Assembly (NCBI GenBank): GCA_963829055.1 | Contig: CAWHHI010000016.1 | Coordinates: forward strand, 480,001-544,000 | Length of the DNA stretch: 64,000 bases | Direction: 5' to 3' | Source: an uncultured Gemmatimonadaceae bacterium | Lineage (GTDB): Bacteria; Gemmatimonadota; Gemmatimonadetes; Gemmatimonadales; Gemmatimonadaceae | In this document: positions 1-10,532 of the stretch, piece by piece | How positions within the stretch are numbered: position 1 is the stretch's first letter | How the letters are laid out: each line of letters starts with the position of its first letter | Translations under genes and position numbers: made by a program | Notes under the pieces: generated by a model | Database searches by the model: none | Seen by the model: only the letters and a program-made list of their open reading frames with translations | Told to the model about the DNA's origin: nothing

Positions 1-527
1 CGACCGAGTCGGAGCGCACTGCGGTCGGCGCGGTCGAGGACACGCGCCTGATTCCACGCGCGCGACGGTACTGGCGGCATCTCATCGAGACGTCGGCGAA
101 CGTCGTCACGGGTTCGCGCCTCGCAGTCGCGGTAGGGTTGTCCTTCATGGCGTGGGCGGGGCAGTGGGCGACGTTTCACTATGCCGCCCACGCCGCCGCG
201 TTCCCCATGACCGCCGGTGAGTCGCTGCTTGCGCTCCTCGTTGTCAACGCGAGCTTCCTCATCCGTTTGACGCCGGGAAACGTTGGCGTGTTCCAGTTGC
301 TGTACGCGGTCGCGGCGGTGTCGGCGGGGCTCGAGAAGAACAGCGCGGTTGCCGTCGCATTTCTCATCCAGCTCATTCAGTACGTTCCGGTCACGGTGAT
401 CGGACTCCTGCTCGCACCGTCACTCGCGAAGCGCGGACGCTCCGCCGGCGCGACAGCCGTCGCGGCCGCTGCCGTGCAGGCCGACCGAACACTGAGGGCG
501 CGTGGCGACGGCGGCGGCATCACCTGA
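1..527 (+). CDS. Membrane protein, lysylphosphatidylglycerol synthase TM / UPF0104 flippase-like family (5' partial)
   Basis: The frame is open from the window start. It has hydrophobic helices and the family-like segment TPGNVGVFQ...AVAVAFLIQLIQYVP. Confidence 0.7.
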   Translation, partial: TESERTAVGAVEDTRLIPRARRYWRHLIETSANVVTGSRLAVAVGLSFMAWAGQWATFHYAAHAAAFPMTAGESLLALLVVNASFLIRLTPGNVGVFQLLYAVAAVSAGLEKNSAVAVAFLIQLIQYVPVTVIGLLLAPSLAKRGRSAGATAVAAAAVQADRTLRARGDGGGIT

Positions 528-1515
528 CGTGCACCTAACGCGCACCGATAAACCGCGAGTGTTCGTGGTCCGACGCCTTCCGACGACCGTCGAGGCTCAA
601 CTTCGCGAACGCTACGACGTCTCGCTCAACGCGACGGACGAGACGTACTCGCTCGACCGTCTCGTAGATGCGGCCCGTGAGTTCGATGCGCTCGTGCCCA
701 CCGTCGTGGACAACGTGCCCGCACCCGTTTTCGAGTCGGGCGAGAGGCGCATCCGCCTCGTCGCGAACTATGGCGTCGGGTACGACCGGATCGACATCGA
801 TGCCGCCAGGCGGGAGGGCGTCGTCGTCACGAACACGCCGGGGGTCCTCACCGAGGATACCGCCGACCTCGCGCTCCTGTTGCTGCTCGCCGCCGCACGC
901 CGAGCAGGTGAGGCCGAGCGTCAGTTGCGCGCCGCGCGTTGGGACGGGTGGAGACCGACGCACATGCTCGGCACACGCGTGAACGGCGCGACGCTCGGGA
1001 TCGTGGGGTACGGTCGGATCGGCGCGGCTGTCGCCAGACGCGCGCACCAGGGATTCGGCATGCGCGTGCTCTACGTGAACCCGAGCGCGCCTGATGCGGA
1101 CGCCGTCGCTGCAGCGTCGGCCGAACGGTGCGAGTCACTCGACGAGTTGCTCGCGCAGAGCGACTTCGTGTCGCTGCATGCGCCCGCGCGTGAGGGAACA
1201 CGTCGAATGCTCAATGCGCGGAGGATCGCGCTCATGCGCCCTGGAGCGATACTCGTGAACACCGCGCGTGGCGATCTCGTCGACGAAGCGGCACTCGCCG
1301 ATGCGCTGCAGCGGGGCGCGCTCTCGGCCGCAGGCCTCGACGTCTTCGAGCGCGAACCCAGCGTGTCCCCACGCTTGCTCGCGCTGGAAAACGTCGTCCT
1401 GCTGCCCCACATCGGGAGTGCCACGACTGCATCCCGCGTGGCGATGGGTGATCGCGTGCTCGCCAACCTCGACGCATTCTTTCGCGGCGGTGAACCTCCG
1501 GACCGCGTGGCGTGA
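502..1515 (+). CDS. D-glycerate dehydrogenase / glyoxylate reductase (D-2-hydroxyacid dehydrogenase family)
   Basis: Motifs ANYGVGYDRID, TNTPGVLTEDTAD, GIVGYGRIG, VNTARG, GLDVFEREP and LPHIGSAT. The start codon is uncertain (502 or 529). Confidence 0.9.
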   Translation: MATAAASPDVHLTRTDKPRVFVVRRLPTTVEAQLRERYDVSLNATDETYSLDRLVDAAREFDALVPTVVDNVPAPVFESGERRIRLVANYGVGYDRIDIDAARREGVVVTNTPGVLTEDTADLALLLLLAAARRAGEAERQLRAARWDGWRPTHMLGTRVNGATLGIVGYGRIGAAVARRAHQGFGMRVLYVNPSAPDADAVAAASAERCESLDELLAQSDFVSLHAPAREGTRRMLNARRIALMRPGAILVNTARGDLVDEAALADALQRGALSAAGLDVFEREPSVSPRLLALENVVLLPHIGSATTASRVAMGDRVLANLDAFFRGGEPPDRVA

Positions 1516-1559
1516 CGTTCGGCTACGCAATGGATCGTTCACCGAGCGGTGAGTTGCGC

Positions 1560-1589
1560 TTGCCCGGGTACTACGACGGTCCCTAGCTT
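1560..1589 (+). promoter_or_regulatory. Possible sigma70-type promoter for pepA
   Basis: TTGCCC-N18-TAGCTT upstream of the ATG at 1620. Confidence 0.35.
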
Positions 1590-1619
1590 ACCGCTCTCTT
1601 TGCCCCCAACTGACACGCA

Positions 1620-3099
1620 ATGGCTCTCACTCTCGCCCTTCGAGATGGCGACGCAGCGGACATCGACACACCGCTCCTCGGTGCGTTGCTGCCCGCCGGC
1701 ACCGACCTGCCCTCCGAGCTCCGCGCCCTCGACGAACGACTCGGCGGCGCAATCCAACGCACGCTCCAGCGCGGTGACTTCCGCGGCGCTCGAGATGAGT
1801 TGCTGCACCTGGAGGGCGGATCGAGCCGAGCCGGCCGTGTGTTGCTGGTCGGCCTGGGCACGCTGACGGAACCAGCGGCCGCGCTGCGACGCGGCGCGGC
1901 GCTGCTCAGCCGCCAGGCGCATCGTATGGGCGCGGGCTCCGTTGCGGTGGTTGCGCCAGACACCGACGCCGATGCTGCGGAATCGATCGTCGTTGGACTG
2001 AACCTCGGCGCGTGGGAATACCTGGACCTCAAGACGCCGCCTCCGGAGGCGGAGCGCAAGAAGCCGCTCACGCGAGCCACGCTCATCGCCGATGACGCCC
2101 GCGCGTCGAAGGACGCGGTGGCACGCGGCGAGGCAATCGCCGCCGGCTATGACGTGTCGCGGCGACTCGCGCAGATGCCCGGGAATGTCTGCACGCCGGA
2201 CCTGCTGGCGAAGACCGCGACAGAGATCGGCCGCCGCCACAAGCTCAAGGTCACCGTGCTCGGTCGGCGCGAGATGGAACGTCAGAAGAATGGGTTCGTT
2301 CCTTTGCGTGGCACAGGGCACCGAGCAGGATCCCAAGCTCGTGACGATGGAGTACCGAAAGGGCCGGCGTGGTGCCGCTCCGATCGTGCTCGTGGGGAAG
2401 GGACTCTGCTTCGATACGGGCGGCATCTCGATCAAGCCGGCCGACCGAATGGAGTTCATGAAGTTCGACATGTGCGGCGCAGCCGGTGTGATCGGCGCGA
2501 TGGAAGCGATCGCACGCCTCAAGCTCAAGGTGAACGTCGTCGGAATTTTCGGCGCGACGACGAACATGCCTTCGGGAAATGCGGTGAAGCCGGGCGACGT
2601 CGTCATCAGTCACCTCGGCAAGTCCATCGAGATCATCAACACCGACGCGGAAGGGCGGCTCGTGCTGGCCGACCTCCTGTCGTACGCGCGTCGCTTCAAG
2701 CCAGCGGCCGTCATCGATGCCGCGACGCTCACCGGCGCCTGCGTCATAGCGCTTGGACACGTCGCGACGGGTGTATTGGGAACCGACCAGGCGCTGGTGG
2801 ACGAGGTCATTGCCGCGGCCCGCAGAGCGACGGAGCCGGGCTGGCAATTGCCACTCTGGGATGACTACAAGGAACTGATCAAGTCGGACGTCGCGGACAT
2901 GAAGAACTCAGGCGGGCGGGCAGGCGGGACGATCACCGCCGCTATGTTCCTCAGGGAGTTCGCGGAGGAGTATCCGTGGGTGCATCTCGACATCGCCGGC
3001 ACGGCCTACTCGGAGACCGACCTGGTGGCTATTCCGCGGGGTCCGACCGGCGTTCCGACGGGCACCTTCATCGAGTTCGTGCGGGGGAGGGCGGGCTGA
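1620..3099 (+). CDS. pepA: Leucyl aminopeptidase (M17), with a +1 frameshift near 2288 (probable sequencing error)
   Basis: The N-terminal domain is in ORF 1620. The catalytic motifs VGKGLCFDTGG, MKFDMCG and NTDAEGRL are in ORF 2092..3099. The junction reads CAG AAG (A) ATG GGT. Confidence 0.9.
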
Positions 3100-3104
3100 C
3101 CGGT

Positions 3105-5051
3105 TTGTTCGTCGCCGTCGCACGACACGCTCGTTGCATCGGCCTCGCCCTTCTGGTCGGGGCCGTTTTGCACGAGACCGTTCAGGCACAGGTTCCCACG
3201 CGAGACACGACGCGCACGCGTCGCGACTCGACGAGGGCAGACTCGCTGCGGCGCCGCGCCGATTCGATTTCCGTCGCGATCCCGCTCCCCGCCGATTCCG
3301 CGCGCGCCGATTCGGTGCGCGCGCGACAACGAGCAGACAGTGTGCGCGCCGCGATCCTCGCCCGCCGCGCTGCCGACAGCGTGAAGGCCCCGTTGGCGCG
3401 GGCGGAAGTTCCGCCGCTGGCCGACATCGGCGAGCGCTATCGCTGGACGCGCGAGGAACTGTTCGCGAGCGGTTCGCTCTCGTTAGGCGAGCTGCTGGGC
3501 CGCGTTCCCGGAGTGACGAACTTCGCGTCGGGGTGGGTCCCGACGCCGCACATCGACTCCTACCTGGGCGACTTCCGCCGCGTCCGGCTCTTCTACGACG
3601 GCGTCGAGCTCGACCCATTGGATGTCCGGATCGGGCCGATGCACGACTTCACCACCATTCCCATGTGGACGCTCGAGGAGTTGGTCGTCGAGCGCGCGGC
3701 TGAAGAGCTCCGCGTCTACATGCGCAGTTGGCGCGTGAACAAGACGACGCCGTACACCAGCGTGGACGTCTCCACTGGCGATCTCACCACGAACAGGTAT
3801 CGCGGATTCTTCGGCCGTCGCTTCGGCGAACTCCACCGCGCTCCAAATCGGAGCGCAGCAGTACAGCACGGAAGATCAGCGTGCCGGCGGCGACGGGAAT
3901 CATCTCAGTACTTTTACCCGTTTCGGGTGGGCGAAGAAAAGCTGGAGCGCCGACGCGGTCCTCTTGCGAACGAGACGCAATCGAAACGAACAGCTACGCG
4001 ACTCGGTTGGCGGTCAGGCCGGCTTTGCGAACTTGCCCGCACTCGAGGCGACCCGCACGGATGCGTATGCGCGGATCGGATACGGCGATCCAGAAGGTGC
4101 GCGCTGGCTCCAGATCATCGCGTCCACGAGTCGGTTCGCCGAAACGAACACGAAGACGGCGACGGGCACGACGACCGGAACCGAGCCATTCGTTGGGGAC
4201 ACGGTGGATTCCATCGCTTCTCGCGCGCAGTACGTCGTGACCGCCGGGCTGACCGTCCTCGGCGCGAAGGTATCCGCGACCGGGCGATACCGGGTCTTCA
4301 ACGGACTGGTGGTTCCTGACGCCATCGGCGCGCATTGGCTACGACCGCGGGATGCTGTCGACGACCGCGTACGTGGAGCAGCAGGAGTCCGACTCGACGT
4401 TCCGCGCTGACTTCTCGGCCCGGTTGACGCCGTTCAAATTTCTCGCAATCGCCGGCTCGTTAGGCAGGATGAGTCCGATCAACGAGAGTACGCGACCGAC
4501 GTCCCTGTCGTATCGCGGTGAGGTCGGGCTTCGTCTCGGCCGCCTGTGGGCCACGGGCGGCATCACGTCGCATCGACACGACGATCGTTCCGCCACCGCG
4601 CGCCTACGATACCCTCTATGTCGAGGCGGCGATCGGTGCACACCGCGGTACGTTTGTGACACTGCGTGGACCGATCTGGAAAGGCATTGGTCTCAACGTC
4701 AGCGCGATGCAATGGGACAGCGTCGCCTACCTGCCGAAGTACCAGGTGCGGACGGAGCTGTATGCGAAGACGAGCTGGCTCAGCCGGTTTCCGCAGGGAA
4801 ACTTTCACGTGCTGGCGTCGGTGGCGCACGAGTATCGAACAGGCATCTCGTTCCCGGTCGTCGCGGATGCGGTCGAGCAGCTCAGCTCCCAGTACCGCGT
4901 CATCACGACACTGTTCGAGCTGCGCCTGTACGACGCCGTGCTCAGCTGGCAGTACCGGAACATTCTGGGCACCATTTACCAGCAGGTGCCGGGTTTCACC
5001 GCGCCCCGCGCGATCAATGTGTACGGCGTGCGGTGGGACTTCTTCAATTGA
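3105..5051 (+). CDS. Outer-membrane protein with a TonB-dependent-receptor plug-like domain; three +1 frameshifts (near 3828, 4311 and 4568)
   Basis: Signal-peptide-like N-terminus and the plug-like segment LGELLGRVPGV...LFYDGVELD...DFTTIPMWTLEELVVER. Beta-strand-like segments continue through ORFs 3964, 4352 and 4518 to an aromatic C-terminus (WDFFN). The start codon is uncertain. Confidence 0.6.
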
Positions 5052-5057
5052 CTTCGA

Positions 5058-5086
5058 TTGACAAGGTCGTTGTCAGCTCGTAACTT
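5058..5086 (+). promoter_or_regulatory. Sigma70-type promoter for the yicC-gmk-rpoZ run
   Basis: TTGACA-N17-TAACTT, with the ATG at 5099 only 12 nt downstream. Confidence 0.7.
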
Positions 5087-5098
5087 GCGCGACTATCG

Positions 5099-5971
5099 AT
5101 GATCCGAAGCATGACGGGTTACGGCGCCGCCGAAGGACTGGTCGGCGGGTCGCGGGTAAGCGTCGAGCTCAGAACCGTCAACCACCGGTTCTTCTCGCCG
5201 AGCATCAAGCTGCCGGCTGAGCTGTCGCGGTGGGAGCCGGAAGTGCGCGAAGCGCTTCGCAAGACGATCGCTCGCGGGCACGTTACCCTTTCAGCGCGAA
5301 CGGAACGGCCATCTGCTTCGGGAGCGATCGACGAACAACGCTTTGCGGGCTACGTGACCATGTTGCGTGACCTGCGCGACCGGCACGGGCTGGATGGGTC
5401 GATCGACGTCGCCACGGTCCTTCGAATGCCCGACGTGCTCGCGACGGATCCGGCGGCAGAGCAGACCGGGACGGCGGCAGAGCTCACATCAGTAGTGGAA
5501 TCGGCGATCGAGTCGCTGACGCGTTCGCGGGCTGATGAGGGCAAGCGTTTGGCGACGTTCCTGATGGACCGGCTCGTCACCATTGACGGCGCGCTGGGTC
5601 GCATTGCGGCACGGGCGCCGGAGCGAGTCATCGCGCAACGAGATCGGCTTCGCGAGTCGGTGCGGGTGTTGACGGAAGGCATGGCGGTCGACGAGCAGCG
5701 TATCGCTCAGGAGATCGCCATTCTGGCCGATAAGCTGGACGTCCAGGAGGAGTTGCAGCGCTTCGCGTCGCACATCGCGGCGTTTCGCGCGGCGCTCCAG
5801 TACAGCGGTGGTGAGCCGGTCGGCAAACGCCTGGGTTTCCTGCTGCAGGAAATGCTGCGCGAGGCGAATACGACGGGGAGCAAGGCGAACGACGCGGCGA
5901 TGCTGCAGGACGTCGTGACGATCAAGGAGGAGTTGGAGCGAGTTCGGGAACAGGTGGAAAACCTGGAATGA
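5099..5971 (+). CDS. yicC: YicC/YloC family endoribonuclease
   Basis: MIRSMTGYG...VNHRF at the N-terminus, GKRLGFLLQEMLREANTTGSK, and REQVENLE at the C-terminus. It sits in the conserved position before gmk. Confidence 0.93.
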   Translation: MIRSMTGYGAAEGLVGGSRVSVELRTVNHRFFSPSIKLPAELSRWEPEVREALRKTIARGHVTLSARTERPSASGAIDEQRFAGYVTMLRDLRDRHGLDGSIDVATVLRMPDVLATDPAAEQTGTAAELTSVVESAIESLTRSRADEGKRLATFLMDRLVTIDGALGRIAARAPERVIAQRDRLRESVRVLTEGMAVDEQRIAQEIAILADKLDVQEELQRFASHIAAFRAALQYSGGEPVGKRLGFLLQEMLREANTTGSKANDAAMLQDVVTIKEELERVREQVENLE

Positions 5972-6621
5972 ACCCATTCCCGCTCATCCTGTCGTCGCCT
6001 TCGGGTGGCGGCAAGACGACCATCGCGCGGATGATGCTCGAACGTCGGCCGGATGTCGGCTACTCGGTGTCATGCACCACGCGCTCGCCGCGGCCCGGTG
6101 AGCGGGATGGGCAGGACTATTATTTCCTGTCGAAGGACGAGTTCGAAGCGAGACGGGCTCGAGACGAGTTCGCCGAGCATGCTGTTGTACACGGACATCT
6201 GTACGGCACGCTGCGGCAGGAAGTCATGCAGGTGCTGGAGTCGGGCAAGCACGTGATCATGGACATCGATGTCCAGGGGGCACGCCAGTTCGCGCGAGCC
6301 TTTCCGGAGTCGGTGCTTGTATTCTTACTGCCGCCGTCGACGGACGTCCTCATTGGACGGCTGCGGGCGCGCCAGACGGAAGACGATGGCAAGCTGCTCG
6401 TTCGGCTACGTTCAGCGCGCGAGGAGCTACGGGAAGTAGGCGGGTATCAGTACGTGGTTGTGAACGATGACCTCGAGCACGCCTTCAGCCAGGTGGCATC
6501 GATCGTCGATGCGGAAACGGTTCGACATCGGCGATTGCCGTTGCTCGACGAACGTCTGGCCGAGCTGATCGCCGCGCTCGATCGTCAGATTCACGAATAT
6601 TCTTCAACCAGGACTCAGTAA
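5968..6621 (+). CDS. gmk: Guanylate kinase
   Basis: P-loop SSPSGGGKTT, plus SCTTRSPRPGERDGQDYYF and DIDVQGA. Confidence 0.96.
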   Translation: MNPFPLILSSPSGGGKTTIARMMLERRPDVGYSVSCTTRSPRPGERDGQDYYFLSKDEFEARRARDEFAEHAVVHGHLYGTLRQEVMQVLESGKHVIMDIDVQGARQFARAFPESVLVFLLPPSTDVLIGRLRARQTEDDGKLLVRLRSAREELREVGGYQYVVVNDDLEHAFSQVASIVDAETVRHRRLPLLDERLAELIAALDRQIHEYSSTRTQ

Positions 6622-6624
6622 TCC

Positions 6625-6837
6625 ATGCGAGTGTACACTCCGGGCGAAGTCGCAAAACACGCCGGTAACAAGTATCTGGGCGTTCTGGTCGCGGCGAAGT
6701 TCGCGCGCGTGCTGAACGAGTTTCCGCGTGATCGATCGTCGTCGCGCGAGAAGAAGCTGACGACTCGCTCGCTCGAGGAGCTGTCGGGCGGCGATATCCA
6801 GTATCGCGTGGTGCCCAAGCGGAGACCCGAGGGGTGA
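6625..6837 (+). CDS. rpoZ: RNA polymerase omega subunit
   Basis: 70 aa with NKYLGVLVAAKFAR, in the gmk-rpoZ-coaBC gene order. Confidence 0.85.
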   Translation: MRVYTPGEVAKHAGNKYLGVLVAAKFARVLNEFPRDRSSSREKKLTTRSLEELSGGDIQYRVVPKRRPEG

Positions 6838-6856
6838 CGCAGGCTCGAGGGTCGAA

Positions 6857-8063
6857 GTGACTCGGCCCTTTGATCAGCGACGTATTCTGCTCGGCGTCAC
6901 CGGTGGAATCGCCGCCTACAAATCGGCGTGGATTGCTCGCCTGCTCACGCAGGCGGGCGCCGCGGTCGATGTGGTGCTTACCCGATCCGCGGCCGAATTC
7001 ATTGGCGCGATCACGTTCGAGGCGCTCACGGGGCGACCGGTCCACACCGCGCTCATCGCCGAAGGGCACGCACTCGATCACATCAAGCTCGCGCGGGCGG
7101 CAGACGCCATCGTCGTAGCTCCCGCGACGGCAGATTTCATCGCTCGCGCGGCGAACGGCCACGCTGATGAGTTACTCTCGGCATGCCTGCTGGCTGCCAC
7201 AGCTCCGGTGTTGATCGTTCCGGCGATGAACGACCGGATGTGGGCGCATCAGCAGACCCGCGCGAACGTCGCGCACCTCCAGGCGATCGGGTACAACGTC
7301 CTCGAGCCTAACGAGGGACCGCTCGCGGTCGGCGAGGGCGCCGGACCGGGACGACTGCCCGAGCCGGAGACGATCGTGGCGCACGTCGCGCGCATGATGG
7401 AACCGGCCGGAGCGCTCCGAGGTAAAAGAATCGTCGTCACGGCGGGCCCGACGCGTGAGCCGGTGGATCCGGTGCGGTTCATCTCGAACCGAAGCAGCGG
7501 CAAGATGGGCGTCGCCATTGCTGCCGCGGCATGGCGTCGGGGTGCTGACGTGAACCTCATCGCGGGGCCGATGCACATCGGCACTCCGGCCGGGGCGACC
7601 GTCACGATGGTCGAGACCACCGAGCAGATGCGCGCCGCGGTCGCGGACGCAATCGCTCAGGCGGATGCGCTCATCATGGCCGCCGCGCCCGCGGATTTTC
7701 GCCCCGCGTCGCCGTCGAACCAGAAGATCAAGAAAGCGAACGCGCCGACGGCCATCGAGCTCGAGCCGACGCCCGATATCCTGTCGTCGACCATCGGGAC
7801 CCGCCCCGACAAAGCTCGTTACGGTCGGCTTCGCACTCGAGACCAACTCCGCCGTGGAGCACGGACGCGGAAAGTTGGCTGCAAAACAGCTCGATCTCAT
7901 TGTCGTGAACGACGCCACCGAACCGGGTGCAGGATTCTCGGTCGATACGAATCGCGTCACGTTCATCGACGGCGACGGCCTCGCCAATGAGCAGCCGCTG
8001 CTGGCGAAGAGCGATGTCGCGGACCTCATACTCGACCGCGTCGAGCGGTTGATGCAGCGCTGA
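6857..8063 (+). CDS. coaBC: Phosphopantothenoylcysteine decarboxylase/synthetase, with a +1 frameshift near 7811
   Basis: GVTGGIAAYK, PAMNDRM and TAGPTREPVDPVRFISNRSSGKMG. The C-terminal VGFALET...LIVVND segment is in ORF 7665..8063. Confidence 0.93.
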
Positions 8064-8066
8064 CGG

Positions 8067-9147
8067 ATGGATCCGAAAGAGCAACTTCGTCGTTACCTCG
8101 AACAGCGTCGCGAAACCGGCGAACGCGAGCTCATCCTCGACGGCATGTCCGTCGAGGATGTGATGCGCATTCTCGGCGCGACCGCCACCGCCGGGAGTGC
8201 ACCCGCTCGATCGGTGAACCGCGGTAACGACCGTCGCGACGACCGTGTGGACGAGCGCCCAGCGCCGACCGTGAGCCCACGCGAGGAGCGTGTGCCGGAT
8301 GCACCCGTGGGTGATTGGCGCGAGGTGCTCCGCGCGACCGGCAGCGCTCCGACGCGCCAGCCAGCGCCGTCTCGCGAAGCCTCACCACCACCGGCCGCCC
8401 CACCGTCGCAACACGCCGCGCCCACGCCGGACGCCTCGGACGATCGCAACGTTAGGCAGGCGTCGAACGAGCCCGAGCCAGTGATCCCTGCGCCGGCGGC
8501 TCCCGCCCGCCCCGTCGGCCGACGCGCCACCGGGCATCGTGGTCGGGCAGGTGAGCCGCGAATTGTTCGGCAGCACGCTCGCCACCGTCCCCACGCTCGC
8601 AGACCTCGCCGAGATCATCGCCAAGTGCACGCGCTGCCCGCTGTACAAGACGGCGACGAATCCTGTACCCGGGGAAGGGAGCCCGACCGCAGAACTGGTG
8701 TGCGTCGGCGAGGCACCGGGCGAAAACGAGGACAAGACCGGCCGTCCGTTCGTCGGCCCTGCAGGTCAACTCCTGACGAAGATTCTCGCCGCCATTAACT
8801 TGAGCCGCGAGGACGTGTTCATCTGCAACGTGCTCAAGCATCGGCCGCCGGGGAATCGCAATCCGTTGCCCCAGGAGGTCGAAGCATGCAGTCCGTATCT
8901 GGTGCGCCAGCTCGAGATCATTCGTCCAAAGGTCATCGTCGCGTTCGGCACGTTCGCCGCTCAGACGCTGCTCGAAACGAAGCTCTCGATCGGCAAACTC
9001 CGTGGCTCCGTGCATCGCTACTACGGCATACCGCTCGTGGTGACGTATCACCCTGCCGCGCTCCTTCGGAACCCGGCGTGGAAGCGCCCAACCTGGGAAG
9101 ATGTCCAGCTCGCCCGTCGAGTACTCGATCGCGCCTCAGGGACGTGA
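8067..9147 (+). CDS. Family-4 uracil-DNA glycosylase with a long Pro/Ala-rich N-terminal region; probable +1 frameshift near 8520-8530
   Basis: CTRCPLY, VGEAPG, GRPFVGPAG, RPPGNRNP and TYHPAALLR are in ORF 8539..9147. The N-terminal part is in ORF 8067. Confidence 0.85.
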
Positions 9148-10525
9148 CCCATACAGCGAGCGGCGTCCTCCCTACTCGGAGGACGCCGAGCAAGCCGTGC
9201 TCGCCGCCATGCTCATGGATGGCGACGCGATCATGCGCGCCGCGGAATACGTCAACGACACGATGTTCTACGCGGAACGCCATCGGCGGATCTTCCGCGC
9301 GCTCGTCGCGATCACCGAACGCGGTGCGGTTGCCGACCCGCTGACGCTCGCCGACGAGCTGGAGCGTCGCGGCGAGCTACCGGCGAGCGGTGGCAAGGAG
9401 TACATCGCGTTTCTCGTCGACGCGGTCCCGACATCGGCGAACGTCGAGTTCCACGCGCGGATCGTGCGAGAGAAGGCGCTGCTCCGGAGCCTCATCGAAG
9501 TCTCCACGTCCATCGTGGGAGAAGCATTCGAGGGACGGACGCAGGCGGCCGAGCTGCTCGATGAAGCCGAGCAGAAGATCTTTCAGATCAGCCAGCAGCA
9601 GGGCGCCGGCGGCTTCACGCGCATCAAGGAGCTGATGTGGCCGACGATGGAGCGCATCGAGGCGCTTCAGCGCGGCGGCAAATCGATCACGGGCGTCGCG
9701 AGCGGCTTTCACGATCTCGACGAGCTCACGTCGGGCTTCCAGCCGTCGGATCTCGTCATCATCGCGGCGCGTCCGTCAATGGGAAAGACAGCGTTCGTGC
9801 TGAACATCGCGCAACACGCTGCTATCGAGCACAATACTTCGATTGCGATCTTCTCACTGGAAATGAGTAAAGAGTCTCTCGTGCAGAGACTCCTCACCAG
9901 CGAGGCGCGCATCGACGCGCAACGGCTCCGCAAAGGCATGCTGCGCGACGACGACTACTCTCGTCTCGCGCGCGCGGCCGGCATTCTGAGTTCCGCGCCG
10001 GTCTATATCGACGACGCGGCGGGCATCACGCTGCTCGAGATGCGATCCAAGTCGCGCCGACTGAAGGCGGATTCAGGACTCGGGCTCATCGTCGTCGACT
10101 ACCTGCAGCTCATTCAGGGGCCAGCGAGCGCAGAAAACCGACAGCAGGAGATCAGCCAGATATCGCGTCAGCTCAAGGCGCTCGCGAAGGAGCTGTCGGT
10201 ACCCGTCATCGCGCTCTCGCAGCTGTCGCGCGCCCCGGAGCAGAGAACGGGAGACAACAAGCGGCCGCAGTTGTCCGACCTGCGTGAGTCGGGCGCCATC
10301 GAGCAGGACGCCGATCTCGTCATGGCGATCTACCGCCCCGAGATCTACGCCGAGAGCCGTCACGATGGCCCGCCGGTGGACAAGGACGGCAACTCGCTCG
10401 AGGGACGCGCGGAGATCATCGTGCTCAAGCAGCGGAACGGGCCGATCGGCACGGTGAATCTCTTCTTCCACAAGCACTACACGCGGTTCGAGAATTACAC
10501 GGCCCGCCAAGCCGCGGCGACGTAA
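9101..10525 (+). CDS. dnaB: Replicative DNA helicase
   Basis: PPYSEDAEQAVL, AARPSMGKT, VDYLQL, LSQLSR and DLRESGAIEQDAD. Confidence 0.97.
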   Translation: MSSSPVEYSIAPQGRDPYSERRPPYSEDAEQAVLAAMLMDGDAIMRAAEYVNDTMFYAERHRRIFRALVAITERGAVADPLTLADELERRGELPASGGKEYIAFLVDAVPTSANVEFHARIVREKALLRSLIEVSTSIVGEAFEGRTQAAELLDEAEQKIFQISQQQGAGGFTRIKELMWPTMERIEALQRGGKSITGVASGFHDLDELTSGFQPSDLVIIAARPSMGKTAFVLNIAQHAAIEHNTSIAIFSLEMSKESLVQRLLTSEARIDAQRLRKGMLRDDDYSRLARAAGILSSAPVYIDDAAGITLLEMRSKSRRLKADSGLGLIVVDYLQLIQGPASAENRQQEISQISRQLKALAKELSVPVIALSQLSRAPEQRTGDNKRPQLSDLRESGAIEQDADLVMAIYRPEIYAESRHDGPPVDKDGNSLEGRAEIIVLKQRNGPIGTVNLFFHKHYTRFENYTARQAAAT

Positions 10526-10532
10526 GGACGAC

